Shown: positions 1 to 10,120 of the stretch, one piece after another
Layout of the letters: each line of letters begins with the position of its first letter
Position numbering within the stretch: position 1 is the first letter of the stretch
Origin: the human T2T-CHM13v2.0 reference genome, Homo sapiens
Reading direction: 5' to 3' (one strand)
DNA: 64,000 nucleotides
Assembly: GCF_009914755.1 (NCBI RefSeq)
Contig: NC_060926.1
Translations under genes and position numbers: made by a program
Notes under the pieces: model-generated
What the model was told of the DNA's origin: nothing
Database searches by the model: none
Seen by the model: the letters and a program-made list of their open reading frames with translations, nothing else

Positions 1-430
1 CTTGCCTATTATCTTTTCAAATATTACTTGCCTTATTATTTCTCCCTTCTTTCTTTCTAAGAACCCAGTTATATGTGTGTTATACCTTTTGATTGTGTCC
101 CAGTATGTGTCTTTTACTCAGATATTTTATTTTCATTATTTTCTCTCTCTGTATTTCAGCTTAAGTATTTTCTATATACCTGTTTTTGAGCTCATTAATC
201 CTATCATCTTTTGTGTTCAAGTTGCCATTAAATCCATTCGATGAATTCTTAATTTCAGATTGTTGTTGAACAATCCATTGTTGAACTGTCTATTTGAATT
301 TTATAGATTCCAATTCTCTGTAGAAATTATCTTTTAATTTATCTTGTCTATCTTTCTATAGTCTATTTATTTATAATAACTTCATTCAGATTCTTTCCTA
401 ATAATTCCAATAGCTGAATCATCTGTGTTG
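1..430 (-). mobile_element. Old L1M fragment (5'/ORF1 region), continuing after the LTR block at ~1672-2700
   Basis: T-rich decayed sequence typical of antisense L1M ORF1 (e.g. aaatccattcgatgaattcttaatttcag; ataattccaatagctgaatcatctgtg). Family assigned from memory. Confidence 0.55.
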
Positions 431-439
431 TGGTGGTGA

Positions 440-502
440 GATAAACACCTTCACCCCAAATTTGGCTTAAATGTGAAGACTGATGGCATCACACACACAC
501 AA

Positions 503-534
<32 letters not shown>

Positions 535-1151
535 CAAGAGGATATGAAAATGTTATTCATATTTGAGAATTTCTGTGAAGAGCCTGGAAACTTCTCAAGA
601 AAGACCAAAAATGGCTTCAGATAGCTGAAAAGGGAGACTGGCTTTGGGGTTATTAGATGGTGGAGCTGAGGGTGAGGGTTTCCATGCATGGGCCAGCACT
701 TGCATGGTTTAAACTTCCTGCTGAGGCTAAAGGAGGGAGCACCTGGGCTTTCTTACTAGTTGGCCCAGATGTAAGACCTGATGTAAAAGAAAGAGAAGGT
801 GGTGGAGCTTTAAAACTGTCAGCACTCAAATATCAAAAATGGAGTCAGAGTGGTTTGAGTTTAGTGGTATGTACAACTAATTGATCATAAACAGTGACAG
901 ATTTACTTGTTCCTTCTTCACTTCCACTGCTTCATTTGGCTAGCCATGAAAGAAAGAAAAAGAGAGAGAGTGAGGGAGGGAGAGAGGGAAAGAGGGAGGG
1001 AGGGAAGGCAGGAAGGCCTCAAGGTAGGAAGGCAGGAAAGAAGGAAGGAAGAAAGGAAGGGAGGAAGGAAGAAATGAAGGGAGGAGGAAAGAAAGAAAAA
1101 AATAGAAAAGAAATTTTAAAAATGTTTAATGGAATCAGACTTTTTATGACA
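440..1151 (-). mobile_element. ERVL-class solo LTR (MER76-like) interrupted near its end by a Y RNA retrocopy
   Basis: Motifs caccaagaggatatgaaa, aaaggagggagcacctgggctttctta and aaactgtcagcactcaaatatcaaaaatggagtcaga; the LTR resumes as ctttttatgaca at ~1140-1151. Exact family uncertain. Confidence 0.55.
848..945 (+). pseudogene. RNY3P: Processed Y3 RNA (RNY3) pseudogene with degenerate A/GA-rich tail (946-~1120) and target-site duplication
   Basis: Ungapped match to the hY3 sequence as I recall it, about 81/98 identical, including TACAACTAATTGATCA, TGTTCCTTCT, CCACTGCTTCA and CTAGCC. Purine-rich tail follows; TSD-like aatggagtcaga (838-849) / aatggaatcaga (1128-1139). Confidence 0.9.
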
Positions 1152-1162
1152 ATCTGCATTAT

Positions 1163-1533
1163 AGATTGAGTGTTTATGTCTTCCTCAAACTCATATGTTG
1201 AAGCCTTAACCCTCAATGCGATGGTGTGTGGTGGTGGGACCTTTGGGAGGTAATTAGGTTTAGATGGAGTCATAAGGTTGGTGCCCTTCTGATGGGATTA
1301 GTGCCCTTGCAAGGTAAGAAATAGACATCAGACTTCTCTATGTCCACCATGTGAGCACACAGAAAGAAGCTAGGAGGCTACAAGCCAAAATTTAGCCCCA
1401 CACCAGGAACTGAATCTGCTGGCACCCTGCTCCTTGCATTTTCCAACCTCTAGAACTGTGAGAAATAAATGTCTGTAGTTTAAGCCACCCAGCTCATGGG
1501 ATTTCATTACAGCAGCCTGAGTGGACTCAGGCA
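1163..1533 (+). mobile_element. MaLR solo LTR (MLT1A-like)
   Basis: aactcatatgttgaagccttaaccctcaatg...tttgggaggtaattaggtttagatg...ctctagaactgtgagaaataaatgtctgtagtttaagccacccag, typical of MLT1A/MST LTRs. Confidence 0.85.
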
Positions 1534-3549
1534 GACTTGTAATCTGTAATCAGACAAACCCCAAATTTGGCTTCAATGTCAAGACTGATGACATCACACA
1601 CACACACATACACACACATACACACACACCAAGAGGATATGAAAATGTTATTCATATTTGAGAATTTCTGTTGTATTTTTCCCTATGAGTTATGCTTTTT
1701 GGTCATGTTTTCCTACTTATTTCTGTCTTGTAATTTTTATAATGAATTTCTGACTTTATGTATAAAAGAGTCCTAGAACCTAAAGTCATTATTATTCTTC
1801 CACAGAAAGCAGTCACTCATCTCCTATTAGGCAGATCAGGTGAAGGGTTGATCACTCCAATCCAATCAGGAGCTGAGCCCGGCTGGAGGTGGATTCTGGT
1901 GTCAGAGTCAGTCCAGCTCTGGTTTCCAATGTCTCAGGGATGAGGTATGTCATGGGCTCCTCACAGCCTCCTCCTTCTAGTAGGACTTTACCTCCCAAGC
2001 ACCATGAGTCTATGAGGCTCAGCTTCCTTCTCAAGCATGACCCTCCTGAGTTTTTGACTGTGAGACCAGACTTTGTCTCTTTGGCCTTGAAAGTTCTATT
2101 CTTCAAGGGTTCTGAGCTTAGCTCTTTTGCCTCCTTGCACATGCAAGGAAAGTAGCTGGCAAACGTTTTAAGGAGGATATTTATGAATGTTTCTTGAAGG
2201 CCTTTTACTCTAGTTGAATTTTTCCTTCCAAGGACTGAAAACTCTGCCTTGGTAACCCAGTCCCCCAGCATCATCGTACCCCCACCCCCAGCACTCCGTG
2301 TTCTATGGGGACAGCTGGCAGTGAATTTGAGGCTTCACTACTCTCTGGCCAGCCAGGCCAGTCCACATGGCTGTCAAAATCTCTGCTGTTATCTCCTTCC
2401 CCCAGGAGCCCTCCCTACTTACAGCAAGCCCAACACTCAGTCAGCAGAAGACCTCATGGAGGAAAAAGGACCAGTAATGTCAACTCAGCTAGCAATGCTT
2501 TTCCCATCTCTGAAACTTTAGTTTTATCTTGCCCACTTAACTTCCACTGATATCCAATGTCTTCAAAATACATTTTATGTAATCTATTCAAATTTTTCTA
2601 GGTGCCACAGGATGAGAAGTGGTTTGCTGCTACCTACTACATTCTACCCTAAAGTGGAACCTGTCTAGATGCTTTATCTTCACTGTGATCTATCACAGAA
2701 CTATCCTTATTTATGTAGGAGGTGGTGAAATGGGTGATGGTTGTCAAGACAATAACATAACTCAGCAGATGCTTTAGCTAGGTGAATAACTCTAGTGGAA
2801 CTTCCAAACATTTTTTCCTTTCTCAATCATGCTATGGAATTATTGCCTTCCTCCCATACAGGGAAGTTTGCGTTTTAAGATTCTCGTGGCTCAATGTTTA
2901 ACCCAACAAAACAATTGTCAATGGTAGTGTTTCAGCTATCTACAATGAGTTGAAGGGGGTAAAAGGTATTTGGGGGCATAGGGCCTTATTGTCATTCCTC
3001 AAGTCTTTCTCATTCAGTAACTACTGACTTCATCTATTCCTCAGGCTGGCTCAGGATCTGAAAGAACAGTAGAATAACTGATTGAAGGCGAGTGCATTTG
3101 GAGTCAGGTAGAACCTTGCTCTTAAACCCCCATGTTACCTAAGGAAGTTCTTCAACCTCCTTGAGTTTGGTTTGCTCAATGCCTACCTCCTAGGACTGTG
3201 GTGAGACTTACGTGAGATGTAAAGTTCCCCAAATACGGGAAACAGTATGTTGTCCTCATCGGTCTTCATTAGCCCTTCTTTTGGTCCTCTGCAAAATTAG
3301 GATGATGCCAACTTTACAGAATTGTTTTGGTACTGTAGTTAAATGAGACCATGGAGGTGAAGGGATTTTCAGATGTAAAATGCTGTGCAAAAAGAATATT
3401 CAGTGCCCATGTCAGTGGCGACTCTTGCGCTGACTGAGTCGCCAAATGACTGATCTCATGTGAAGGCCCATTCTGGCCAATTTTGTTCCTATGCCATCTT
3501 GGCTGTCAGTGCCACCCTAAATTCCACTGTGTCTCCGAAGAGCAGGTGA

Positions 3550-4750
3550 GTGCCATCTCCCTGGGACGTCATTTCCCTGGGATGCCTCCCTTGAGCAGAC
3601 CAAGCCGGTACCTAGTGTGGCGGTACCTCCGTGCACCCTCCGGCTGTTGTCATCCCTCCAATCCCTAGGATAGGCGCACCACCCTATTAGGTGCCGGGGG
3701 GTGCAGTGCTTGAAATCACACACAAGAGCGATCAAATCATACTTCTGAATCGTGCTAGCTGTGTGATTGTGGGCAAGCCCATTAACTCTCGACCACCACG
3801 TTGCTCATCTATAAGCCGAGGGGATAATAATATCTGCTTTGCAAGGTTGTTGTAAGGGCTGAATGAAGTAACGGGAAATCTGGGGTACGTGGGAGATAGT
3901 AAATGGCAGCCGTCCCTGTGCGCCCCCTGACACCTCCCGCCCGGTCCTAGCCCTGTACTGGGTCAGTGTCAGCATCCTTCCACGCGTGCTCTCTCTCTGC
4001 CACCGCACACCCAAAGACCGCGCCTCTCGCTGCTCTCACCTGCGGGGCAGCGGAGGGCGCAGAGGTCAGGCAGCTGCGGGAGGGCTCGTGAGAGCCAATG
4101 AGAGCGCGGAAGGCGGCGAGCGAGCCAATGGACGCGGCGGTGGGGCAGGGGGCGGGGCCTGGGCGAGGCCGGGGGCAGAATGGGCTGAGTGCCCTGTCTG
4201 AATGCGGGGAACGTCTGGGCCTCCCCGCCTGGCCCGCTCTTTTACCGTCGCGCAGGCCCCGCTCCAGGCCAGCCACTGGCCCCACCAAGCCCCGCTTCGC
4301 AGCCCGAGAGAGCGGGAATAAATTAAGCTATTCTTAGTAGGGCCTGAAAAGGAGCCCTTTCTGACTACTAAGAAAACAAAGTTGCGTCCGTCTCTAGTTC
4401 TCAAACCCAAGCACAGTGATGTGGGTCGCCCGGTGCTGCAAGAGGTGGCCCGAGCAGCCGCCGGGTCGCTGGGGGCCCAAAGGAGCCTCCTGGCCAGGAG
4501 CCAGGTGCTCTTTGCTCTGCTAAGCTGTGGCGAAAAGAGAATCGGCTGGTTTGGGGCCAACCGGGGTGTTGGCAGGGGGGGGCTTCAGCCCTTCTCGGGC
4601 TCCGGACTCCCCAGCTCTCTCCCTGGCTATGCCCCTGCGCCGGCCTAAGAAGGGACCAGGAGGCAGGGCTGGCGCTGGCACTGCGGACGTCAGAACCTCG
4701 GCTGTAGTCACGCCCTTGCTCCAGCTTTTTCAGGGCCCATTCGCCCACCT
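3550..4750. promoter_or_regulatory. CpG island promoter
   Basis: Sharp rise in CpG and GC content; CCAAT boxes at 4095-4099 and 4125-4129 (both in gagCCAATg); GC box GGGGCGGGGC at 4149-4158. Confidence 0.88.
4040..4100 (-). other. Putative non-coding first exon of a minus-strand gene (TSS position approximate; 5' splice donor CAG|GTGAGA at 4040/4039)
   Basis: Minus strand reads ...ccgctgccccgcag|gtgagagc, a near-consensus donor just downstream of the CCAAT/GC boxes; no ATG in the exon. Confidence 0.5.
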
Positions 4751-4894
4751 CTGCCCCTCCTGTCCACCGCCCACCTTCTGGCCTCCTTTCTGCACCCAGC
4801 CCTTCCCCCACTCTGCTTCAGAACTCAGGATCTCCTCCCCTTCACTCTCCATCACTCACTCTGCGTTTCCTTTACGGGCTAATGCCAGTGTGCA

Positions 4895-5030
4895 ATCATT
4901 CATTCATTCGTTTGTGGTCTACCAGCTAGGTGCCAGCTCCACCAGGGTGGCACCATGCAGCCTTGTTCACAGGTGTATACCCTGGAACATAGTAGACGCT
5001 CAGCAAATACCTGTTGAACGAATGAACAAA
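4895..5030 (-). mobile_element. L2 3' end fragments
   Basis: tcattcattcattc and cctggaacatagtagacgctcagcaaatacctgttgaacgaatgaa, characteristic L2 termini (both orientations are represented). Confidence 0.65.
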
Positions 5031-7609
5031 TCCAAAATATGGCATTAGGTGCCCTAGACCCTTCTGGAACCATTCTTGTTGCTGAGTGATGAGTCTGACT
5101 AACAGCCTTATTCTCCATAGCCACCTGAAGGAAAATCCTCCTTGATGGGGGGATATATGAAGGTGGGGTCCTTCTACTAAATGCCAGCCTGGGTGAAGCT
5201 GTGGTCTAAACGTGCCTGTGTGGCTCTTGCACACACCTAAAAGGAAGACAAGCTCCTGCCAACATCTCAGACCTGGAGAATTTTCTAGAGCCATCATGGT
5301 CTAGATGCCCAGAAATTCCTGAATATTTTATTGATATTTTATTGAGTTAGAGAGTTCATGGTTATCAAATTCATAATCAAAATGGCTTTCCATGTTCCCC
5401 ACACTGACGGTAACCTCTACAGAAATGCCATAAGGTAAGTAATTCATCTCATTGAAAAGGACTCTGAGGCCCAGGGAGACGAAGTGACTTACTCAAGCTC
5501 ACGCAATGAAACCACAGCTCAGTGACCTGCTCTGTAGCAAGTTGCCCCTCACACCCACTAGCTAAGCCCATCCCATAGGGGCTGCACAACAGGCCCCAGA
5601 CACAGCAATTAATCTGGGAATTGGATGTCGAAAAAAGAGTCTCTGGAAGATGAGATTGTGGATGGGGCAGTACACTTGACCCTAAGCATCACACTTTGGA
5701 TTTGCTCATTTATTTGTTGAGCATCTGCTATGTGCCGGGGATACACCCATGAGCAAGACAGCGTGTCCCTACCCAGGCCTGGCAATGCTGACACTGATTG
5801 GGGAGTATACCATAAGCAAATGAATTCATAATTGCATATCGGGACGAGATCATGAAGGAAACTTGCAGAATAACAGAACAGAGTGACAGGGAGGGAGAGC
5901 TCCCCCATAGAGGGGTGTTCCAGAGGGACTCTCTGAGCAGGCGAAAGGACGGGGATCTAGAGGACAGGCCTAGTAAAGTACAGCACATTGCTCCTGAATT
6001 TCAGAATCACACGTGTGGAGCCCAGGGCCCTCTGCTCAGGGAGGAGAATCAGGAAAGGGCCCTATCCCAAGGCCCGGGTGTCTGCCGCTTCCCTACCACC
6101 TTCCCACAGCGCCCGGCACCGCCCCACACTTCCCCTGGGCTTCTTTATTTATTTTACCACATCTGAGGAGTTTTTAATGGGGGAAAGGGCCTAGGAATGG
6201 GGTTGTTTGAGGACAAGGAAACGAGCCACTTGCTGTGATGAATGTTCTTGAAAAGCAATTTATTTTTTCACGGGTAGCTCGCCGGGCTTGGGAACAAAAG
6301 TGCTTTGGCTGCCTATCAAATATGAACAGAGGCTAACTGTTTCTTCGGCATTTCTCTTTCCCCACACACGCTCACCCGCGCCTCTCCCTATGTATGACAG
6401 AAATGACATCGGGTTCAAGGGCTCCCTGGGGTCCCCTCCTAAGATAAAGTGGCAGCTGCTTTCATGGGGCCTGAGGCCCTCTCCCTCTCCCTTCTCTGCT
6501 TACTCGATTCCAAGCAGCAACGGCACTCGGAGGATATTCTCTCTCTCCTGGTGGGATGAGAAAGAGTGGGTGCCCTGGACATCAGAGGTCAGCTGGGATC
6601 CCTGAAAATGCCAATGCGGCCCACAGCAGCCAGGAGCCCCCTGCGCTCTCCCCACAGTTTAGCAAGAGAGGACATAAACCTGCACTTTTGCCCCTCATCT
6701 GCACCTGCATCCCCCACCACAGCCGCCATAGTCACATCTGCAGGCAGCTCTTCTCCCAGTGTTCTCAGTCTGTCTACCTGTGCCTCTTACCCATGCACAA
6801 ACATTTCCCCCAAAGGTGGGCTCTCAGGCATCATGAGGCATCAGTGGATGGTGGTGACAGAGGGAACACTGATATTCCTACCAATCTGCTGAAAACGTGC
6901 ATTTGTCAAATGATTGTGCTTGGCTGTCTGGGGGAGTCCTTTAAGTCCCTGGGAATTATGATGGCTAAAGCAAAACGAGGGATTTGGTTTTGAGCTAGGC
7001 CTGGAAGAATTATTGGGGAAAAATTACAGTGTCTGAAACTTACTATTACGAGAGTCTGAGTTTTAGCAGGAATTCCAGGGAGCCAGGAGTCTCCTGCTAG
7101 TGTGGGCCTGGCAAGGAAGACCAGGCCACTCCCTGCTTCCCTCTCCTGCTCACCTTCGAGCTGACTCCTGCTTTTAGATTTGCCAATCTAAAACTGATTT
7201 AATCTAGAGGGGCAAATCTAAAACTGCCCCTCTGACAACAAGGGGCAGTTGTCAGAAATAAGAGGCCAGCTTTGGATGACTCTCAGCCTGGACAGGAAAG
7301 CAGACATCCCTGCTTAATTCCATTAGAGATTTATTTGGAAATGTGACTTGCCTTCTGAGGCAGAGGGGTTTGGGTTTGCTCTTCTGAAAGGGTAGTGGCA
7401 TTTTAAATCTCACTGTTTATGCAACAGAAGCCTTTATTCTCTATAAAAAGAACTTTAGACAAGTAGCAAGGGGTGGACTTCCATTAGCCCACTCTGAGGA
7501 CCCCAGTTCTGGAGCTTGGACAATTCTTCATTGACTGAGACCCCCAAATCCAGCTTCTGACAGTGTTTACAGTGGAAGGGCATGTTGTCTTCCTTCTTTC
7601 CAGGATGGG

Positions 7610-8156
7610 GATAGCTAGATTCCAAAGATGGTCCTCCAAGGAGCTTAGTCTATTGGTATTCACTTTCGTAGTCCCCTCCCCTCCAATATGGATGGGCTCA
7701 ACTTGTAATTAGCTTTGGACCAGCAGGATGTCATGGAAATGATGCTTGTGACTTCCAAAACTAAGTCGTAAAAAGCCTTGCAACTTCTGCCAGGGTCTCT
7801 TGGATCACACACTCTGGAGGAAGCCAGGCTCCATGTGAGAAGCCCAACTACTCCGCCTCCACCATGCTGTGAGGAAGTCTCCATAGCAAGGCCCCATGGA
7901 GAGTGCTGCCTGGCTAGACGCTAGCCCTCCCAGCCATCCCAGCTACGGCACCAGACACGTGAGTGACAAGCCATGTGAGAAGACCTGCCCAGGTAAGGCT
8001 CAGGACTCCAGCTTCAGCCACAGTCTAACTGCAAACAAGTGAAAACCACTCAGCTGAGCCCAGTCAGTCCATGAAAGAGCAATAAATTGCTAATGTAAGC
8101 CACTAAGTTTGGGGGTGGAGGTGGTGTTGTAATGCAGTGATAGGAAATTAGAACAG
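7610..8156 (+). mobile_element. MaLR solo LTR (MLT1G/H-like)
   Basis: caaagatggtcctcc...gtgacttccaaaactaagtcgtaaaaagccttgcaacttctgcc...ctcagctgagcccagtca...taagccactaagtttggg...gaaattagaaca. Confidence 0.8.
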
Positions 8157-9821
8157 AGGCCCTGGCACGAAAAGCAAGAGGTTTTCAAGGAGTTTCCTGC
8201 CCAACAGGCCAATAGTTTCGAGCAGCGGTTTCTAAACTTAGCTAAGGAATCCTTTGCCCACTGGAAATCATAATTAGATCTCTGATATGTCAAAGAAACA
8301 AAAGCACAGTGGCTCTCTTTTTGAAACAGTGGGAGGCCTGACCAAGCTCTCCTTTTGCCACGTGCCCCTGCAGCAGCCCCCGGGAAATGAATGAGCTCTC
8401 CACCTGATCTCCCAGATCTAACTCTCTCTCTCTCCCTCCCTAAAAAAATCACAGCAGACTTTGTTCATCCACACTCCCCTAATCCAGGGAGAATCCTGGC
8501 CACAGTGTGGAGTTGTGTCCCTAGCAGCCCTGAAAAGTTACATACTCTGAGGACCTTCCCTTCTTCAGTAGGTAAGCGAGGCCCTGGGTGGCCCCAGTAC
8601 CCACATCCTCACTGATGGGCAACACCCTGCCTTCCTTCTCCAAAGGACAAAGGGTCATGGTTCAGCAAGCCCTCCTGGGATGCTAAAATAACTTTTCTGC
8701 CAAGAGACACTGTTATCAGCCTTTGCTTCTGGCCCCTTTCTGGTGGAGAAGGAAACTAGTATATATGAGGCCTGTTGTCCTATAATGTAAAAAGAGACCC
8801 AAAGAGGTTCAAGCTCTCAGTAAAACAAGAGTAGAGATTTCTCCAGCCCCAGTCCAAGCCTGTCTTCACAGCAGTATCAGCCACTGCATGCATGAAGATG
8901 GTGGCCATGGGCATGGGAGCAGGGATACACATCTCTCTTCCAAGGCCAGGCCATGCAGAACCCCAACTCTTCCCCTAAACCTTTCCAGGGCAGAGTGAGC
9001 CAACGTGTTCCCTCCCTACCTGGGTTATCCTAGGTGATGTGGAGACTGACTTGCTCTAGGTGGGCTAGTGCCCAAGAGCCACAATCTCCCTGTGGAGACG
9101 GTATGTACTGCGTAGATCTTGTTTCCTTTTTGTCCTTATTGCCAAATCCCCCCAAAATTCTGTTTTGCTCATCGTGCTGCCTTCAGCCGAGGGAGAGCAA
9201 GGACTTGCATAATAAGCACTTGACTCTCCTCCAAAGCCAAGGTTTGTTCCAATGGCTTTGACTTTCAACCTCCTCACGTCTCCTTGAAAAGATGAACCGC
9301 ACTTTTGTACCACAGGACATGCCAGGAATAGCTCACATCAAATGCTTTCGGGAGGGGTGCCTATGAGGAAGAGGCCGCAGGTCAGCCAGACAGCTCAAAG
9401 GTACCATTAAGATGATGGACGCCTTTTTCCTTGGTGCTTGGGCAGGCTGCTGAGCTTCATTACTCATCTCTTCCGCAGGGAGGTCACCATGCAAAGGGGG
9501 TGTCTTGTGCTCCTCTAGCCAGGATGCAAGCCCTGGGGACCACATTCACATCCTTGGGAACAGAGGATGTGGGAGCAGAACTTCAGATGCTCTAACTCAA
9601 AGGGAGCCTGGCCGCTCAGTGTGTCCCTGCCTGAAAGCAGGGCTCAGGCTAAATGAACACAGGCCCCTTCCAGGCCACTGTGGCAAGTCACAACCTCTCT
9701 CCCCACCACTATCACCTCTCCCCCATACCAGCAGATTCTTGACAGCCTGCAACTTCCTATCAAGGGAAAACCGCCAAAGGCAAAGCCAGATTTCTGACCA
9801 ATTTTGAAATGCCTGAACAGG

Positions 9822-10120
9822 GAAGGCATAGTGGCTCATGTCTATAATCCCAGCATTTTAAGAGACTGGGGCAGGTAGATCATTTGAGGCCGGGAGTTCG
9901 GGACCAGCCTGGGCAACAGAGTGAGATTCCATCTCTATGAAAAATAAACAAAATTAGCTGGGCATGATGGTGCGTGCCTGTGGTCCCAGCTATTCAGGAG
10001 AGAATCTCTGAGGTGGGAGAATCACCTGAGTCCCTACCCGGAGATCCAGGCTACAGTGAGCCAAGATTGCGTCACTGCACTCCAGCCTGGGCAACAAAGC
10101 AAGTCCCTGCCTTTAAAAAA
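9822..10120 (+). mobile_element. AluJ
   Basis: Full dimeric Alu with J-type features (gcctgggcaacagagtgaga); TSD-like aaatgcctgaaca / aaatgcctaaaca. Confidence 0.92.

Noticed and set aside
3947-5048. Overlapping 100-170 aa ORFs in the CpG island
   Set aside because: Expected from stop-codon scarcity in GC-rich DNA; low-complexity A/G/P/R composition in several frames.
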